From the NCBI GenBank assembly GCA_963787835.1, contig CAWBEI010000002.1, positions 320,001-384,000 on the forward strand: a stretch of 64,000 nt of DNA, given 5' to 3'. A model generated the notes under the pieces. It saw nothing but the letters and a program-made list of their open reading frames with translations, did not search any database and was not told the origin of the DNA. Both the position numbers and the translations under genes were made by a program. This document shows, piece by piece, positions 9,486 through 20,470 of the stretch; position 1 is the stretch's first letter, and every line of letters starts with the position of its first letter. The DNA comes from Ignavibacteriota bacterium. Lineage in GTDB: Bacteria; Bacteroidota; Ignavibacteria; Palsa-1295.

Positions 9486-9929
9486 ATGAAGAAAATCATC
9501 ATTTCCGGCGTTCTTTTAGCGTTTTTCGCGCTTGCCGGGTTTGATTTTGCCGGAGGGGTGGATTCGCTGACCGCCCAACCCGATGGCGATGGCATCACGC
9601 TTAACTGGCAATCGGAGATCGAGACCGGGATCGTTCGATACACCGTGCAGCGCGAGAATATCAACAGTACCGCGAACAATTTCCAGAGTGTTGGAACCGT
9701 CACCCCGACCGGGAATTACTCTTTTTATAAGTTCCAGGATAATCACTTGAGTTCAGCTCCGCTCGCCGGTCAAGGCGGCAACATGCAGCCCCTTTCGGAC
9801 GCCTATAAATACCGTTTGGAGATCGACCTTGCCAACGGTGACCTCAGTTATTCCCAAACCGTAAGCGTGACGAAGCCCTCCAGCGGAGTACGCCGAACCT
9901 GGGGAATGATAAAAGAGATGTTCCATTAA
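9486..9929 (+). CDS. Small secreted FN3-like protein with C-terminal TWGxIK motif
   Basis: Signal peptide; ITLNWQS...YTVQR...YKFQD...YKYRLEI; ends RRTWGMIKEMFH. Confidence 0.7.
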   Translation: MKKIIISGVLLAFFALAGFDFAGGVDSLTAQPDGDGITLNWQSEIETGIVRYTVQRENINSTANNFQSVGTVTPTGNYSFYKFQDNHLSSAPLAGQGGNMQPLSDAYKYRLEIDLANGDLSYSQTVSVTKPSSGVRRTWGMIKEMFH

Positions 9930-10050
9930 TTCGGCCTTAGAAAGGTCAACCCCTGACCGCCTCCCAGCGTTGAATCTCTTTACCTCCCGGAACGGGTAGA
10001 TTGGTCGTGAAGTTATATTAGTGGAGCATTATTCCACTTCTCGCGCTGCC

Positions 10051-10638
10051 ATGAAATCCATTTTTACGATCGTACTTTTTCTCTCCGTTGCTCAGGCGGG
10101 AAGCCTTCGTGCGAGTGGCCCGAGGATCGAGCACAAGCTCGGCGGGGATTCTACCATCTTTTCCATGACGCTCGCGCCGAACGAGCATCCCAAAGTGGGT
10201 GGGTCATTTCATGTTATTATACATGTCACGCCGGGGCACGACTGGCATGTCTATAGCTCCAAAATGTCAACGGATGGCGGGCTGGTGCCACTGACGCTCG
10301 TGGTGCCACCGGAACTTAGTGAGTTTTTCGAGGTTCAAAATATAGAAGAGTCCGGCGACATTAAAACCGCCTACGACTCCAACTTCGATGCAGTGACCAT
10401 GGCACATTTTACACCATACGACCTGACGGCCACGATCAAAGTGAAAGAGAAACCGAATCCGGATTCGGCCTTCTACCTGTTGCTGCATTTCCAGACCTGC
10501 AACGAGAACATGTGCATGCCGCCGCGTACCTTCGAAGTACCAATGACCTTCCTCGGCCAGGCACCGATTAAACTGCGTATTGCTGGGGTCATGAAACGGC
10601 CTCCATTCGAATTGGCCAGCATTTACAAACCCGAATGA
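10051..10638 (+). CDS. Stand-alone DsbD N-terminal (alpha)-like domain protein
   Basis: Signal peptide; WHVYS and FQTCNENMCMPP motifs; homologous to the N-terminus of 11228-13321. Confidence 0.75.
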   Translation: MKSIFTIVLFLSVAQAGSLRASGPRIEHKLGGDSTIFSMTLAPNEHPKVGGSFHVIIHVTPGHDWHVYSSKMSTDGGLVPLTLVVPPELSEFFEVQNIEESGDIKTAYDSNFDAVTMAHFTPYDLTATIKVKEKPNPDSAFYLLLHFQTCNENMCMPPRTFEVPMTFLGQAPIKLRIAGVMKRPPFELASIYKPE

Positions 10639-11231
10639 AACTTCGGATAAGACATATCGCCCTTTGCGCGACGCTCCTAATTATGGGAGTGGGGGTAGGG
10701 TATGCCAAAGAGCCAAGAATCTCCACGCAACTCTATGCGGATTCTACTTACTTTACCATGAAAGTAATGAAAGGATCAAAAATTGCAGCCGGCAAAAGTT
10801 TCAAAGTGAAAATTCATGTCGCGGTTCATCCATCGTGGCATGTGTGGAGTTCGACCATGTCAGATGACGGTGGTCTCCTGCCTCTTACCGTTAAGGTTCC
10901 AGACTCGCTGGCGAAATATTTCGAAATTAGTCGCCTGAAAGAGATAAGCACACCGAAAATGGGTTACGATTCGAACTTTATGGTGCTTCTAAAAGCGAAC
11001 CATGAACCATTCGATTTGATCGCCACGATTGCTGTGAAACGGAATCCTCCGGCTCACATTCCACTTCGGCTGCTTGTGAAATACCAGGCCGTTAGTTCGA
11101 CTTATTGCATGCCACCATGTACTTATGAAGTTCCAATGACATTTCTCGGTCAACCGCCAATCAAACTTCGTGCTACGAATGTTGTAAAGTCGGAACCCTT
11201 CGAATTGGCAAGCCTTTATCAACCCGAATGA
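10635..11231 (+). CDS. Second stand-alone DsbD alpha-like paralog with altered Cys motif
   Basis: WHVWS, YQAVSSTYCMPPCTY; C-terminal tail shared with the preceding gene; ATGA overlaps on both sides. Confidence 0.7.
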   Translation: MKLRIRHIALCATLLIMGVGVGYAKEPRISTQLYADSTYFTMKVMKGSKIAAGKSFKVKIHVAVHPSWHVWSSTMSDDGGLLPLTVKVPDSLAKYFEISRLKEISTPKMGYDSNFMVLLKANHEPFDLIATIAVKRNPPAHIPLRLLVKYQAVSSTYCMPPCTYEVPMTFLGQPPIKLRATNVVKSEPFELASLYQPE

Positions 11232-13321
11232 CGCACCATGTAAGACATATCCTGCTTTGCCTGACGCTCCTAATTGCGGGAGTGGGGGTTGGCCATGCGA
11301 AAGATCCAAGGCTGGCAACAAAACTATATTCGGATTCCGCCATCTTCAAGGTGCAATTGGTGAAAGGTGAGGTTCCAACTACCGGCAAATCTTTTAAGGT
11401 TAAGATCCATGTTGATGTTCACAACCCTTGGCACATTTGGAGTTCCATAATGTCCGATGAAGGGGGACTTATCCCACTGAGAGTAAAGATCCCTGATTCG
11501 ATCTCAAATTTTTTCGAGTTGGAAAGCCTAAAAGAGATCAGTAAGCCCGTCGTATCTTATGATTCGAATTTCATGCAGGTTACGAAGGCGATCCACCAAC
11601 CGTTCGACCTGATCGCTTCCATCAAGGTAAAACGTAATTCCTCTACTCCGATAGCCTTCTGGTTACATGTGGTCTATCAGACTTGCAATGAGAGCAACTG
11701 CCTCCCGCCAGCAATGTTTGATGCTCCAATGGATGTCATTGGCGACCGCCCGCTGCAATTACAAATCGCCTATGGTATTCCTGATACAACTCCGGCCCAT
11801 GGCGATTCAATGGGCCAACTGGGTTTGCATAAAGACTCAACAGCTGGAATAGGTCTTACAGCCAACGGCGCACAAAGCCAGCCTCCCTCGGGAGGCCAAG
11901 CTACGGCTCCCGCGGCAAATGGGGATGTCGCCAAAATTGCTGAGAGTTCGATCTGGCAGTTCATGCTTGCTGCTGCAGGATTCGGCCTGCTGGCATTGCT
12001 CACGCCGTGCGTATTTCCGATGGTGCCGATCACGGTCAGCTTTTTTACAAAGCGTAATGCCGGCTCGAAGAAGGAAGCCGCGAAAGATGCATTCCTTTAT
12101 GCCGGCGGTATCGTCGTGACGTTCGTGCTTCTTGGTTTCATGCTCTCGCTTATTGCGGGACCGGCTGGCATCAATCAGTTTGCAGCGAATCCCTGGGCAA
12201 ATCTTGTGATCGCTGCGATCTTTATCGCCTTCGCGCTGAACCTCTTTGGGCTGTTCGAGATCGGCGTTCCCTCTTCGGTGCTATCGAAGTTAAATATGAC
12301 CGCCCAAAAATCGAAGAACCGTACCTTCTCGGTGGTTCTGATGGGTTTTGTGTTTTCACTGACAAGTTTTACGTGCACCGTCCCCTTCGTGGGAACGCTG
12401 ATGGTCGCGTTCTCTCGCGGTTCCTGGTTCGTGCCGCTCCTTGGGATGGTAGTGTTTGCCAGCATCTTTGCAGCTCCGTTCTTCCTGTTGGCGCTCTTTC
12501 CGAATGCGATGAAATCGCTGCCGCGCTCGGGCACGTGGATGAATAATGTGAAAGTCGTGATGGGCTTTCTCGAAATTGCTGCAGCGCTGAAATTCTTTTC
12601 GAATGTCGATCTGATCTGGTCGTGGCATTTCTTCTCACGCGATCTGGTTCTTGCAATGTGGGTTGCCATAGCGATCATCACAACGGTCTATCTATTGGGA
12701 CGTTTTCAGCTATCGCACGATACACCGGTCGAGCAGATCGGAGCGATCCGCGTGCTCATTGCTGTGCTATTCCTTTCCGTTGGGATCTATTTATACACGG
12801 GGTTCAATGGACATCCGTTGGGACAGATCGATGCGTTCCTGCCGCCAACAGACTCCGGAGAAGCGACACAATCGGCTTCGGTAACACCTACCGCCTCACC
12901 TGGTGGCGGCACACAAGCCTCGCAAGTTTCCCTGCAATGGATACCATCCTATTCCGCCGCGTTAGCCGAGGCCAAGCGTACCGGGAAAAACATTTTCATC
13001 GATTTTACCGGTTACACCTGCACGAATTGCCGTGCCATGGAAGCCACCGTCTTTAGCCGCCAGGATGTTAAGCAGATGTTCCAGAAATTTGTGCTTGCGC
13101 GGCTTTATACCGATAACGGCACGCCGCTGAACGATACGAACCGCGACCTCGAAGAGAGCCGGTTCAATACGATAGCGCTTCCCTTCTATGTCATCATCTC
13201 TCCGGATGATAAGCTACTCGCAACCTTCCCGGGCTTCGACAGCAATGCCGAGCATTTCAAGAATTTCCTGGAACTCCAAAAACAATCCGGCAGCACTTCG
13301 GTTGCGATGTTGGGACGTTGA
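11228..13321 (+). CDS. dsbD: Thiol:disulfide interchange protein DsbD
   Basis: YQTCNESNCLPP; membrane domain LLTPCVFPMVP and SFTCTVP; thioredoxin domain IDFTGYTCTNCRAME. Confidence 0.9.
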   Translation: MTHHVRHILLCLTLLIAGVGVGHAKDPRLATKLYSDSAIFKVQLVKGEVPTTGKSFKVKIHVDVHNPWHIWSSIMSDEGGLIPLRVKIPDSISNFFELESLKEISKPVVSYDSNFMQVTKAIHQPFDLIASIKVKRNSSTPIAFWLHVVYQTCNESNCLPPAMFDAPMDVIGDRPLQLQIAYGIPDTTPAHGDSMGQLGLHKDSTAGIGLTANGAQSQPPSGGQATAPAANGDVAKIAESSIWQFMLAAAGFGLLALLTPCVFPMVPITVSFFTKRNAGSKKEAAKDAFLYAGGIVVTFVLLGFMLSLIAGPAGINQFAANPWANLVIAAIFIAFALNLFGLFEIGVPSSVLSKLNMTAQKSKNRTFSVVLMGFVFSLTSFTCTVPFVGTLMVAFSRGSWFVPLLGMVVFASIFAAPFFLLALFPNAMKSLPRSGTWMNNVKVVMGFLEIAAALKFFSNVDLIWSWHFFSRDLVLAMWVAIAIITTVYLLGRFQLSHDTPVEQIGAIRVLIAVLFLSVGIYLYTGFNGHPLGQIDAFLPPTDSGEATQSASVTPTASPGGGTQASQVSLQWIPSYSAALAEAKRTGKNIFIDFTGYTCTNCRAMEATVFSRQDVKQMFQKFVLARLYTDNGTPLNDTNRDLEESRFNTIALPFYVIISPDDKLLATFPGFDSNAEHFKNFLELQKQSGSTSVAMLGR

Positions 13322-13355
13322 TTCCATCCCTGACTCCATCATACATTCTGTCCGA

Positions 13356-13387
13356 TCCCAGGGGTGGAGTGAAACGGAACCCTGGGA
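13356..13387. repeat. REP-like palindrome
   Basis: TCCCAGGGGTGGAGTGAAACGGAACCCTGGGA, intergenic. Confidence 0.45.
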
Positions 13388-13444
13388 CTCCGTGGTTGCG
13401 GAACACGGGTATCATTCAACGTTCGAATCCATTTCTAAATAGTA

Positions 13445-15331
13445 GTGCCAGCCATTCCTAACGATCCAGTGAAGACCATCGAAAACCGCTTCACCGCGCG
13501 GCTTCGAACGGCTCAGGCTCGTCCGATCTTAACGGATGGCTCTATGGCGGCAACGCTCCATGCTGCCGGTTTGACCGATGCGCTTATCGAGCATTATAAT
13601 CTTACGCAGCCGATCGCAGTCGAGCATGCGCACCGCCGCTTTGCCGAGGCGGGCGCGGAACTGCTGATGACGAATACCGAGCATGCGAACCCGATCACGC
13701 TCGCCAAGTATCTCATCGCCGATAAGACGTTCGAGATCAACCGCAAAGGAGTATGGCTCACGCGGGCAGTCGCGAACGATCATGGCGGTCTGGTAGCGGC
13801 GGCGCTTGGACCAATCGGGAAATTTCTAGCACCGATTGGGCCGCTGAATCATGCGGACGTTCGCCGCGCCTATCGCGAACAGCTTTTTGCGCTTACGGAC
13901 GGTGGCCCGGATGTGATCATCCTGAAAAGCTTTATCGACCTAACGGAATTAGAGATCGCCATCGAAGAAGCCCAGCTCGTCGCGCCGCATCTGCCGATCA
14001 TTGCGCAAAAAACATTCCCGGAAGATGGCGCACTTCTTGCAACGGATTTCGCACGTAATGTGGCGGAGCGCCTTCGATCTCATGGGGTCGCGGTAATAGG
14101 ATCGAATGGAACGGTTGGTCCGAACAGGATGCTCTCGATCATCCAGGCATTCGCAGTTCCAGACATCCCGATCAGTGCACAACCAGATATTGGCATTCCT
14201 ACCCTTATCGATGGGCACGCCATCTACCATGCGACACCAGACTATCTCGGATTGGGTGCAAAACGGCTGGTGGAAGCTGGTGTTTCTATTATCGGTGCTT
14301 CCGGCGGGGCTTTGCCAGAACATATTCGGGCTATTCGCGATAGCATTGCAGACCTGGAAGCCGGAGAAATAAAATTCCAAAAGATCGCCGTGAGATCTGA
14401 ACAGCGAAACGGGCAGACAAATGAGGCGCTGTTCTCGCAATTCAAACGGAATCTCGGCAAAAAATTTCTTTCAACGGTCGAACTGGATGTTCCTCGCGGG
14501 CTTGATATGTCGAGCGTACTGGAGGGTGCATCGTATCTTGCCAAAGCTGGGATCGATGCGGTGAACATCACGGATGGGGCGCGTGCGCGGCTTCGAATGA
14601 GTTCCATCACGCTTGGGCATCTTGTGCAATCGAAATGCGGGATAGAAGCCATGACGCATCTGGCATGCCGGGATCGAAATATGGTTGGATTGCAATCCGA
14701 ATTGCTTGGTGCAGATGCGCTTGGTGTCCGGAATATTTTGTGTGTCACCGGCGATCCTGCGCAGATCGGCGATTACCCTTATGCGACAAGCGTGTATGAT
14801 ATTGATTCGATCGGACTTATTCGCGCCGTGAAATCGATGAATGAGGGCTGTGATCTGGTCGGCAATCCAATTTCAGGCGGAGAAATTAATTGCACGCATT
14901 TTCTGATCGCCTGCGGCTGCAATCCGATCGCGGATGACATGGATCGTGAAGCATCTCGTATCCAACGCAAGATCGATGAAGGATGCGAAGTGGTATTCAC
15001 GCAGCCACTCTTCGAGATGAGTGCGCTTGAGAGATTCCTACAGATCATCAAGCCGTTTCAGGGAAACGCAAGGATCATGCTGGGCATTCTGCCGCTTCGA
15101 AGCAAGCGCCATGCGGAATTCCTGCACTATGAAGTACCGGGCATGTCCATCCCAAATTGGATCCAGGAACGAATTGCCAAACGCGCAACGGTCGAAGAAC
15201 AAAGTGCCGAGGGCATTGCGATTTGCGTGGACTTTTTGAAAGAAGCGAAATCGCTCGTCGATGGTGTGTATCTCATGCCGCCATTTAAGAAATATGAGAT
15301 GGCAGTCGATATATTGGAGAAGATAGGATAA
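13445..15331 (+). CDS. yitJ: Homocysteine S-methyltransferase-like / methylenetetrahydrofolate reductase fusion (YitJ family)
   Basis: AGAELLMTNT N-terminal domain; MTHFR motifs TVELDVPRG, VNITDGARARLRMS, HLACRDRN, VTGDP, FTQP. Confidence 0.85.
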   Translation: MPAIPNDPVKTIENRFTARLRTAQARPILTDGSMAATLHAAGLTDALIEHYNLTQPIAVEHAHRRFAEAGAELLMTNTEHANPITLAKYLIADKTFEINRKGVWLTRAVANDHGGLVAAALGPIGKFLAPIGPLNHADVRRAYREQLFALTDGGPDVIILKSFIDLTELEIAIEEAQLVAPHLPIIAQKTFPEDGALLATDFARNVAERLRSHGVAVIGSNGTVGPNRMLSIIQAFAVPDIPISAQPDIGIPTLIDGHAIYHATPDYLGLGAKRLVEAGVSIIGASGGALPEHIRAIRDSIADLEAGEIKFQKIAVRSEQRNGQTNEALFSQFKRNLGKKFLSTVELDVPRGLDMSSVLEGASYLAKAGIDAVNITDGARARLRMSSITLGHLVQSKCGIEAMTHLACRDRNMVGLQSELLGADALGVRNILCVTGDPAQIGDYPYATSVYDIDSIGLIRAVKSMNEGCDLVGNPISGGEINCTHFLIACGCNPIADDMDREASRIQRKIDEGCEVVFTQPLFEMSALERFLQIIKPFQGNARIMLGILPLRSKRHAEFLHYEVPGMSIPNWIQERIAKRATVEEQSAEGIAICVDFLKEAKSLVDGVYLMPPFKKYEMAVDILEKIG

Positions 15332-16282
15332 ATGGTGCAAAGATCTTTTCCACGTGTGGGTATCGTGCTTGTAAACTGGAATAGTTACGAGGATACATCC
15401 GTGTGCCTGCGCTCGTTGGAAGCGATAACGTACCCTCGTGTGGAAATTATTGTGGTGGATAACGGCTCGAAGGATCATTCGTTAGCCAAACTTCACGCGG
15501 AATTTCCCAATGTCACCCACATTCATTCTGAAGAGAATACCGGATTCACCGGTGGTAACAATCTTGGGATCGATCATGCGATCGAAGCGGGATGCGATCA
15601 TGTGCTGCTTCTAAATAACGACACCATTGTTCTGCCAGGTTTTCTGGAACCATTAGTGGCGCGGTTAGAATCAGATCCCAAGATCGCCGCAGCCAGTGGA
15701 AAGATCTATTATGCTCCTCAAACGCGCGGCGGGGAAGACCAAGTTATCTGGTACGCCGGTTGCTATCGCAAGTGGCACATGGGTTATCATCATTATGGCG
15801 TTGAAGAGAAAGACACCGGGCAATTCGAGACACCGAAAGAGATTCCCTACGCATCCGGCTGCCTCATGCTGCTTCGCGGGAGCGTGATACAGGAAATTGG
15901 CGTTCTCTCACCCGAATACTTTATTTATTGGGAAGAAGCCGATTGGTGCCACCGCGCTCGCGATGCCGGATATATCTGTATGTATGAACCCAAGAGCGTG
16001 ATCTACCATAATTTTACAAGCGCGGCACTTGGGTATGAAACGGCATTCCACATGTACATGCAATATAGGAACTGTTTCATCTATGCGAAGAAACATTACC
16101 ATGGGTTCGAATCCGTTCGCTTTTGGACGCTCTACCCATTATATATGGTCTATCGCTGGATCTTCGATCTTCGAGCAAAAAACCCCAAAGCGGCTCGGGC
16201 GATCTGGTGGGGCATGCGGGATTATTTCAAAGGTTACCGGGGAAAACAAGGATTAGTAGAACGCGGATTTATGAAAGCTTAA
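15332..16282 (+). CDS. Glycosyltransferase family 2
   Basis: IVLVNWNS, VVDNGSKD, NTGFTGGNNLG, LLLNND, YWEEADW. Confidence 0.9.
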   Translation: MVQRSFPRVGIVLVNWNSYEDTSVCLRSLEAITYPRVEIIVVDNGSKDHSLAKLHAEFPNVTHIHSEENTGFTGGNNLGIDHAIEAGCDHVLLLNNDTIVLPGFLEPLVARLESDPKIAAASGKIYYAPQTRGGEDQVIWYAGCYRKWHMGYHHYGVEEKDTGQFETPKEIPYASGCLMLLRGSVIQEIGVLSPEYFIYWEEADWCHRARDAGYICMYEPKSVIYHNFTSAALGYETAFHMYMQYRNCFIYAKKHYHGFESVRFWTLYPLYMVYRWIFDLRAKNPKAARAIWWGMRDYFKGYRGKQGLVERGFMKA

Positions 16283-16289
16283 TTTACAC

Positions 16290-17285
16290 ATGCCACGATC
16301 ACTCGTTACCGGCGCCGCCGGATTTATAGGTTCCCATGTTGTCGATGCGTTGATCGAACGCGGTCACGAGGTCGTGGCGCTTGACGATCTTTCCGGCGGA
16401 TTTGCCGATAACGTGAATCCAAGAGCCAAATTCGTTCAAGCAAGCTGCGTGGACCACGAGTATCTTGCCCGACTGTTCAACGAACATGCTTTCGATTACG
16501 TCTTCCATTTGGCGGCCTACGCTGCAGAGGGGCTTTCACATTTTATCAAGCGGTTCAATTACACCAATAATGTGATCGGCTCGGTGAACCTCATCAATGA
16601 AGCAGTGAACCATAATGTGAAGCGGTTCATCTTCACAAGTTCGATCGCCGTCTACGGAAAAAACCAATTGCCGATGCGCGAAGACCTCACGCCCGCGCCT
16701 GAAGATTCCTATGGTATTGCCAAATATGCTGTGGAACTCGATCTGAAAGCTTCCCACGAAATGTTCGGATTAGATTATGTGATCTTCCGCCCTCATAATG
16801 TGTATGGCGAGCGCCAGAACACCGGCGATAAATATCGAAACGTGATTGGAATTTTTATGAATCAAACCCTCGCGGGTGAGCCGTTCACCATTTTTGGCGA
16901 TGGCGAGCAAAAGCGCGCGTTCTCGTACATCGGTGATGTCGCTCCTATCATCGCCGAAAGCGCAATGCACGAAGGCGCGAAGAATGAAATATTTAATGTC
17001 GGCGCTGATGCTGTTTACACGGTCAATCAACTTGCTACTGAGGTGATGAACGCAATGGGAACGCCAACAGAAGTGCGACATCTCCCAGCTCGTAACGAGG
17101 TAGTCGATGCATGGAGCGATCACACGAAAGTACAGCGTGTGTTCGGAAAACAACAAGAAACACCACTTTCTGAAGGTCTTAAACAAATGGCGGATTGGGT
17201 TCGAGTAAACGGACCGAGACAATCAAAACCATTCGAAGGCATCGAGATCGAAAAGAACCTTCCTCCAAGCTGGAAGATAAAATGA
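16290..17285 (+). CDS. NAD-dependent nucleotide-sugar epimerase/dehydratase
   Basis: LVTGAAGFIGSH, YGIAK (YxxxK), RPHNVYG. Confidence 0.92.
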   Translation: MPRSLVTGAAGFIGSHVVDALIERGHEVVALDDLSGGFADNVNPRAKFVQASCVDHEYLARLFNEHAFDYVFHLAAYAAEGLSHFIKRFNYTNNVIGSVNLINEAVNHNVKRFIFTSSIAVYGKNQLPMREDLTPAPEDSYGIAKYAVELDLKASHEMFGLDYVIFRPHNVYGERQNTGDKYRNVIGIFMNQTLAGEPFTIFGDGEQKRAFSYIGDVAPIIAESAMHEGAKNEIFNVGADAVYTVNQLATEVMNAMGTPTEVRHLPARNEVVDAWSDHTKVQRVFGKQQETPLSEGLKQMADWVRVNGPRQSKPFEGIEIEKNLPPSWKIK

Positions 17286-17315
17286 GTTGATGTTGTAACT
17301 TCGAAGTATGATTCG

Positions 17316-20300
17316 GTGTCAATGAAACCATTGGCACCCTTTGTGTCATACTTCAATATGGTCAATACATTTCTTCTCGTTCTGCATAAAGTTTTTGTCA
17401 ACGGTTTTGTATCCTCCGGTTTTTCAAGGATTCGTAGAGGATCTCTTCTTTCACTTGCTCTTCTAGCCGGTATAGGCTGGTATGCCCTTCGTGAAACTAA
17501 CGCTCACGAAAACGGGATAACGGGGCAGACGCAAAAATCGACGAATGCCGGGTGTTCCTGTCATTGTTCGAGTTCCTCCTCCAGCACGACGGTCACGTTA
17601 ACTGCTTCGAGTGGCTACTCTCCGCTTACCACTGAGCCAAATACAACGTATGATTTTACCATTACGGTCGCGAACAGCGACGAAAGCGATGGCGGATGTG
17701 ATATATCAACATACTCCGGTAATGGGCTGACGGCAGGAACTGGTCTATATGCGTCCAACGGAGAACTGACACACAGTAGCCCAAAAAGTTTTTCTGGAAA
17801 CGGGTATTGCAGTTGGACTTTTACCTACACCACCGGTTCAACCGCAGGATGGGATACGATCTATGCTACCGGCAACGCGGTCAACGGGGATGGCAGTGAT
17901 GACAATGGCAATTGCGATGACAAGTGGAACTGGGCCCCGAAATTTATTATCCACATAATTGAACCGACAAAGCGAGCATCGCTAAGCCGAGAACTCGATC
18001 GCGCTTGGGCAACTTCGTGTCGGTCACCGTGTTGCAGATTCTCTCACGATCGCTTCTTATGGGGATACCACGATCACGATCAGCTCAAGCGCAATGAAGG
18101 GCGGCTCCCCCTTCTCGAGTTATCCGACAACAACGAACCGCACGATCGCAACAGGTTCCTTCGAGATCGATAGTGCAATTTTCGCTCCTACTTCTCGCGG
18201 TACATTTCACGACTCGCTTATTTTCAATACCAATTCCGATACAGTTCCACAGCAACGTATGGGACTGGCTGTGAGCGGCCAAGGCATTCAGGCTATTTTT
18301 AACTCGACGAATGGAACAAGTCTCGCATTTGGGAATTTACATGCCGGAGACACCGCGACACAAACATTCTCTTTCTCGAATACAGGCGACGATACACTCT
18401 TCCTGCAAACACCTTCTATCTCCGGTAGTGGATTTTCCATTGCTTCTGGGCTTTCAGCGTTTACCTATCCTCCGAACCAATCCGGAAGTGTTGTTGTGCA
18501 ATTTGCACCGACCGCGAAACAATCGTACAGCGGAACCCTGAGCTTCTCGGCCTCGGATGGTGTATCGGCACCGACCGTGTCGCTCAGCGGGAATGGCATC
18601 CTGCCACAAATTCAAGTATCGAGTTCTGATAACCTCGGTACCATTCGCGTGGGACAGACCTTGGATGGCTCAGTTACGTTTCAAAATGTTGGGAATGATA
18701 CGCTGCACATATCAAACGCTACGCTCAGCCAATCGTCCACATTCTTTAGCATTGGCTCGTACGATCAGTCCGTTATTCCAAATAGAAGCGACACGATGCA
18801 AATTTCTTATACACCGAACGCGGAAGAAACCGACGACGCAACGCTTCATTTCTCGACTGACGACCCCAACGATTCGGCAGTAACGATCTCAATCAGTGCT
18901 ACCGGCGCCCTCCCCCACATGGTAGTCGAAGAGAAGAACGATACTGTAAATATGGGGCAAATAAAAATAAACTCCAGTACGACCGCTACGATCGGCATCG
19001 CCAACAATGGAGGGGTTGACCTTACTGTTTCCAGTGTCAGCGTAAGCCCACGTCCCTTTGCGCTCGATGGAAGTATCCACATCGTGAGTGCCGGAACAAC
19101 TTCGAGTGTAACGGTGGGGTTTTCGCCAACAGTAGCTGGAACCTTTACCGGGGAGCTCATCGTGCAAGGAGACGATCCGAATAATGCGTCGGATACGGTT
19201 TATCTCTCTGGCACTGGCATTACCACTGCGCTCTCCATCGATCCCAGCAGCGTCGATTTCGGACGAGTTCCCATCTTCGCGGATAAGCTGGATACGATTA
19301 CCCTCAGTGATTCCGGGAAGGCAAATGTAACGATTTACAGTGCACAACTCTCTCCAGCAACAGGCGCGTTTAGCGTCGTCGGAGCGACGCCAACCCAGGT
19401 GCTTGCCGGAGGATCTGCCGTTATCGTTCTTAACTTCGATCCGGATTCGAATGTGATTTATTCTGGCATACTGACGCTAACGACCGATGACGCCAACACG
19501 CCGATCAGGACGATCGCTCTCAGCGGGCTTGGCGTAAAGGATCCGTTCACGGCGACTCCCTCTCAAGTCGATTTTGGGCAGGTATCGGTTTTGACGACCG
19601 TTCAGGACACGATCACCATGAATAATGCCGGGACCTCGAGTGTAACGATCTCGAATGCTCAGCTTTTGCCGGCTTCCGGCTCATTTACTATCGTTGGAAC
19701 TGTTCCAGATCAAATCCCTGCAGGAGGCTCTGCAATAATGATCGTCAGTTTCCATCCCGATACCGCCGGCCAGCTACTCCGGAACGATCTCGCTGACCAC
19801 AAACGACGCCAGCGTTCCGATCCGCAGCATTACGTTATCTGGAACCGGGATCAAGGGTGCCCTTTCTGTAAATCCATCCTCCATTAATTTTGGCACCGTG
19901 TTGATTGGCCATGATTCCAGTATCACTGCAACGCTCCACAATACCGGCCAGGCAAGTATTGATATTGATTCGATCATGCTCACTGGTTCGAATAATGCCG
20001 GATTCAGATATGGTGCATTTTCCATCCCTCTGACCATTTTGGCCGGGAATTCAACTACCATGAATATAAGCTTCTCGCCTACCATCGCGGGAAGTTATCC
20101 TGGCAACGTACAACTTATTTTGCAAGACGGCACCTCGATAAATATTTCGCTTCAGGGCGTTGCAACAGGTGCCGGAGTATCACAAAACGAATTCAAAGCA
20201 TCCCAGTTTTCGCTATCGTTATCGCCGAACCCGGCCGGGAACTCTGTCCTTGCACATGCTTCCCTCGCGAGACCATCAGAGACCCTTCTGGAGATCTTCG

Positions 20301-20467
20301 ATGCCACTGGGCACATGGTGCTTTCCCTGCCGATCGGAATGCTATCCGAAGGCAACTATGACATTTTCGTACCAACAGCAAGTTTGGCGAATGGCAGCTA
20401 CTTCGTCCGTGTGAGTAACACGAATGGGGATGCTGCCGAAGCGCAATTGGTGATAGAAAAACAATAA
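17316..20467 (+). CDS. Large secreted protein (Reeler/choice-of-anchor-V-like domain, multiple ASH/choice-of-anchor-D Ig-like repeats, T9SS CTD) split by two +1 frameshifts
   Basis: ORFs 17316-18173, 18094-19887 and 19898-20467 join if one base is removed near 17988 and near 19771; repeats xDFGxV...NxG...FxP...LSGxG continue across both junctions. Confidence 0.75.
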
Positions 20468-20470
20468 AGG

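Noticed and set aside
17980-19780. Programmed ribosomal frameshifting or phase variation
   Set aside because: No slippery heptamer or long homopolymer at either site; sequencing error or simple mutation is more likely
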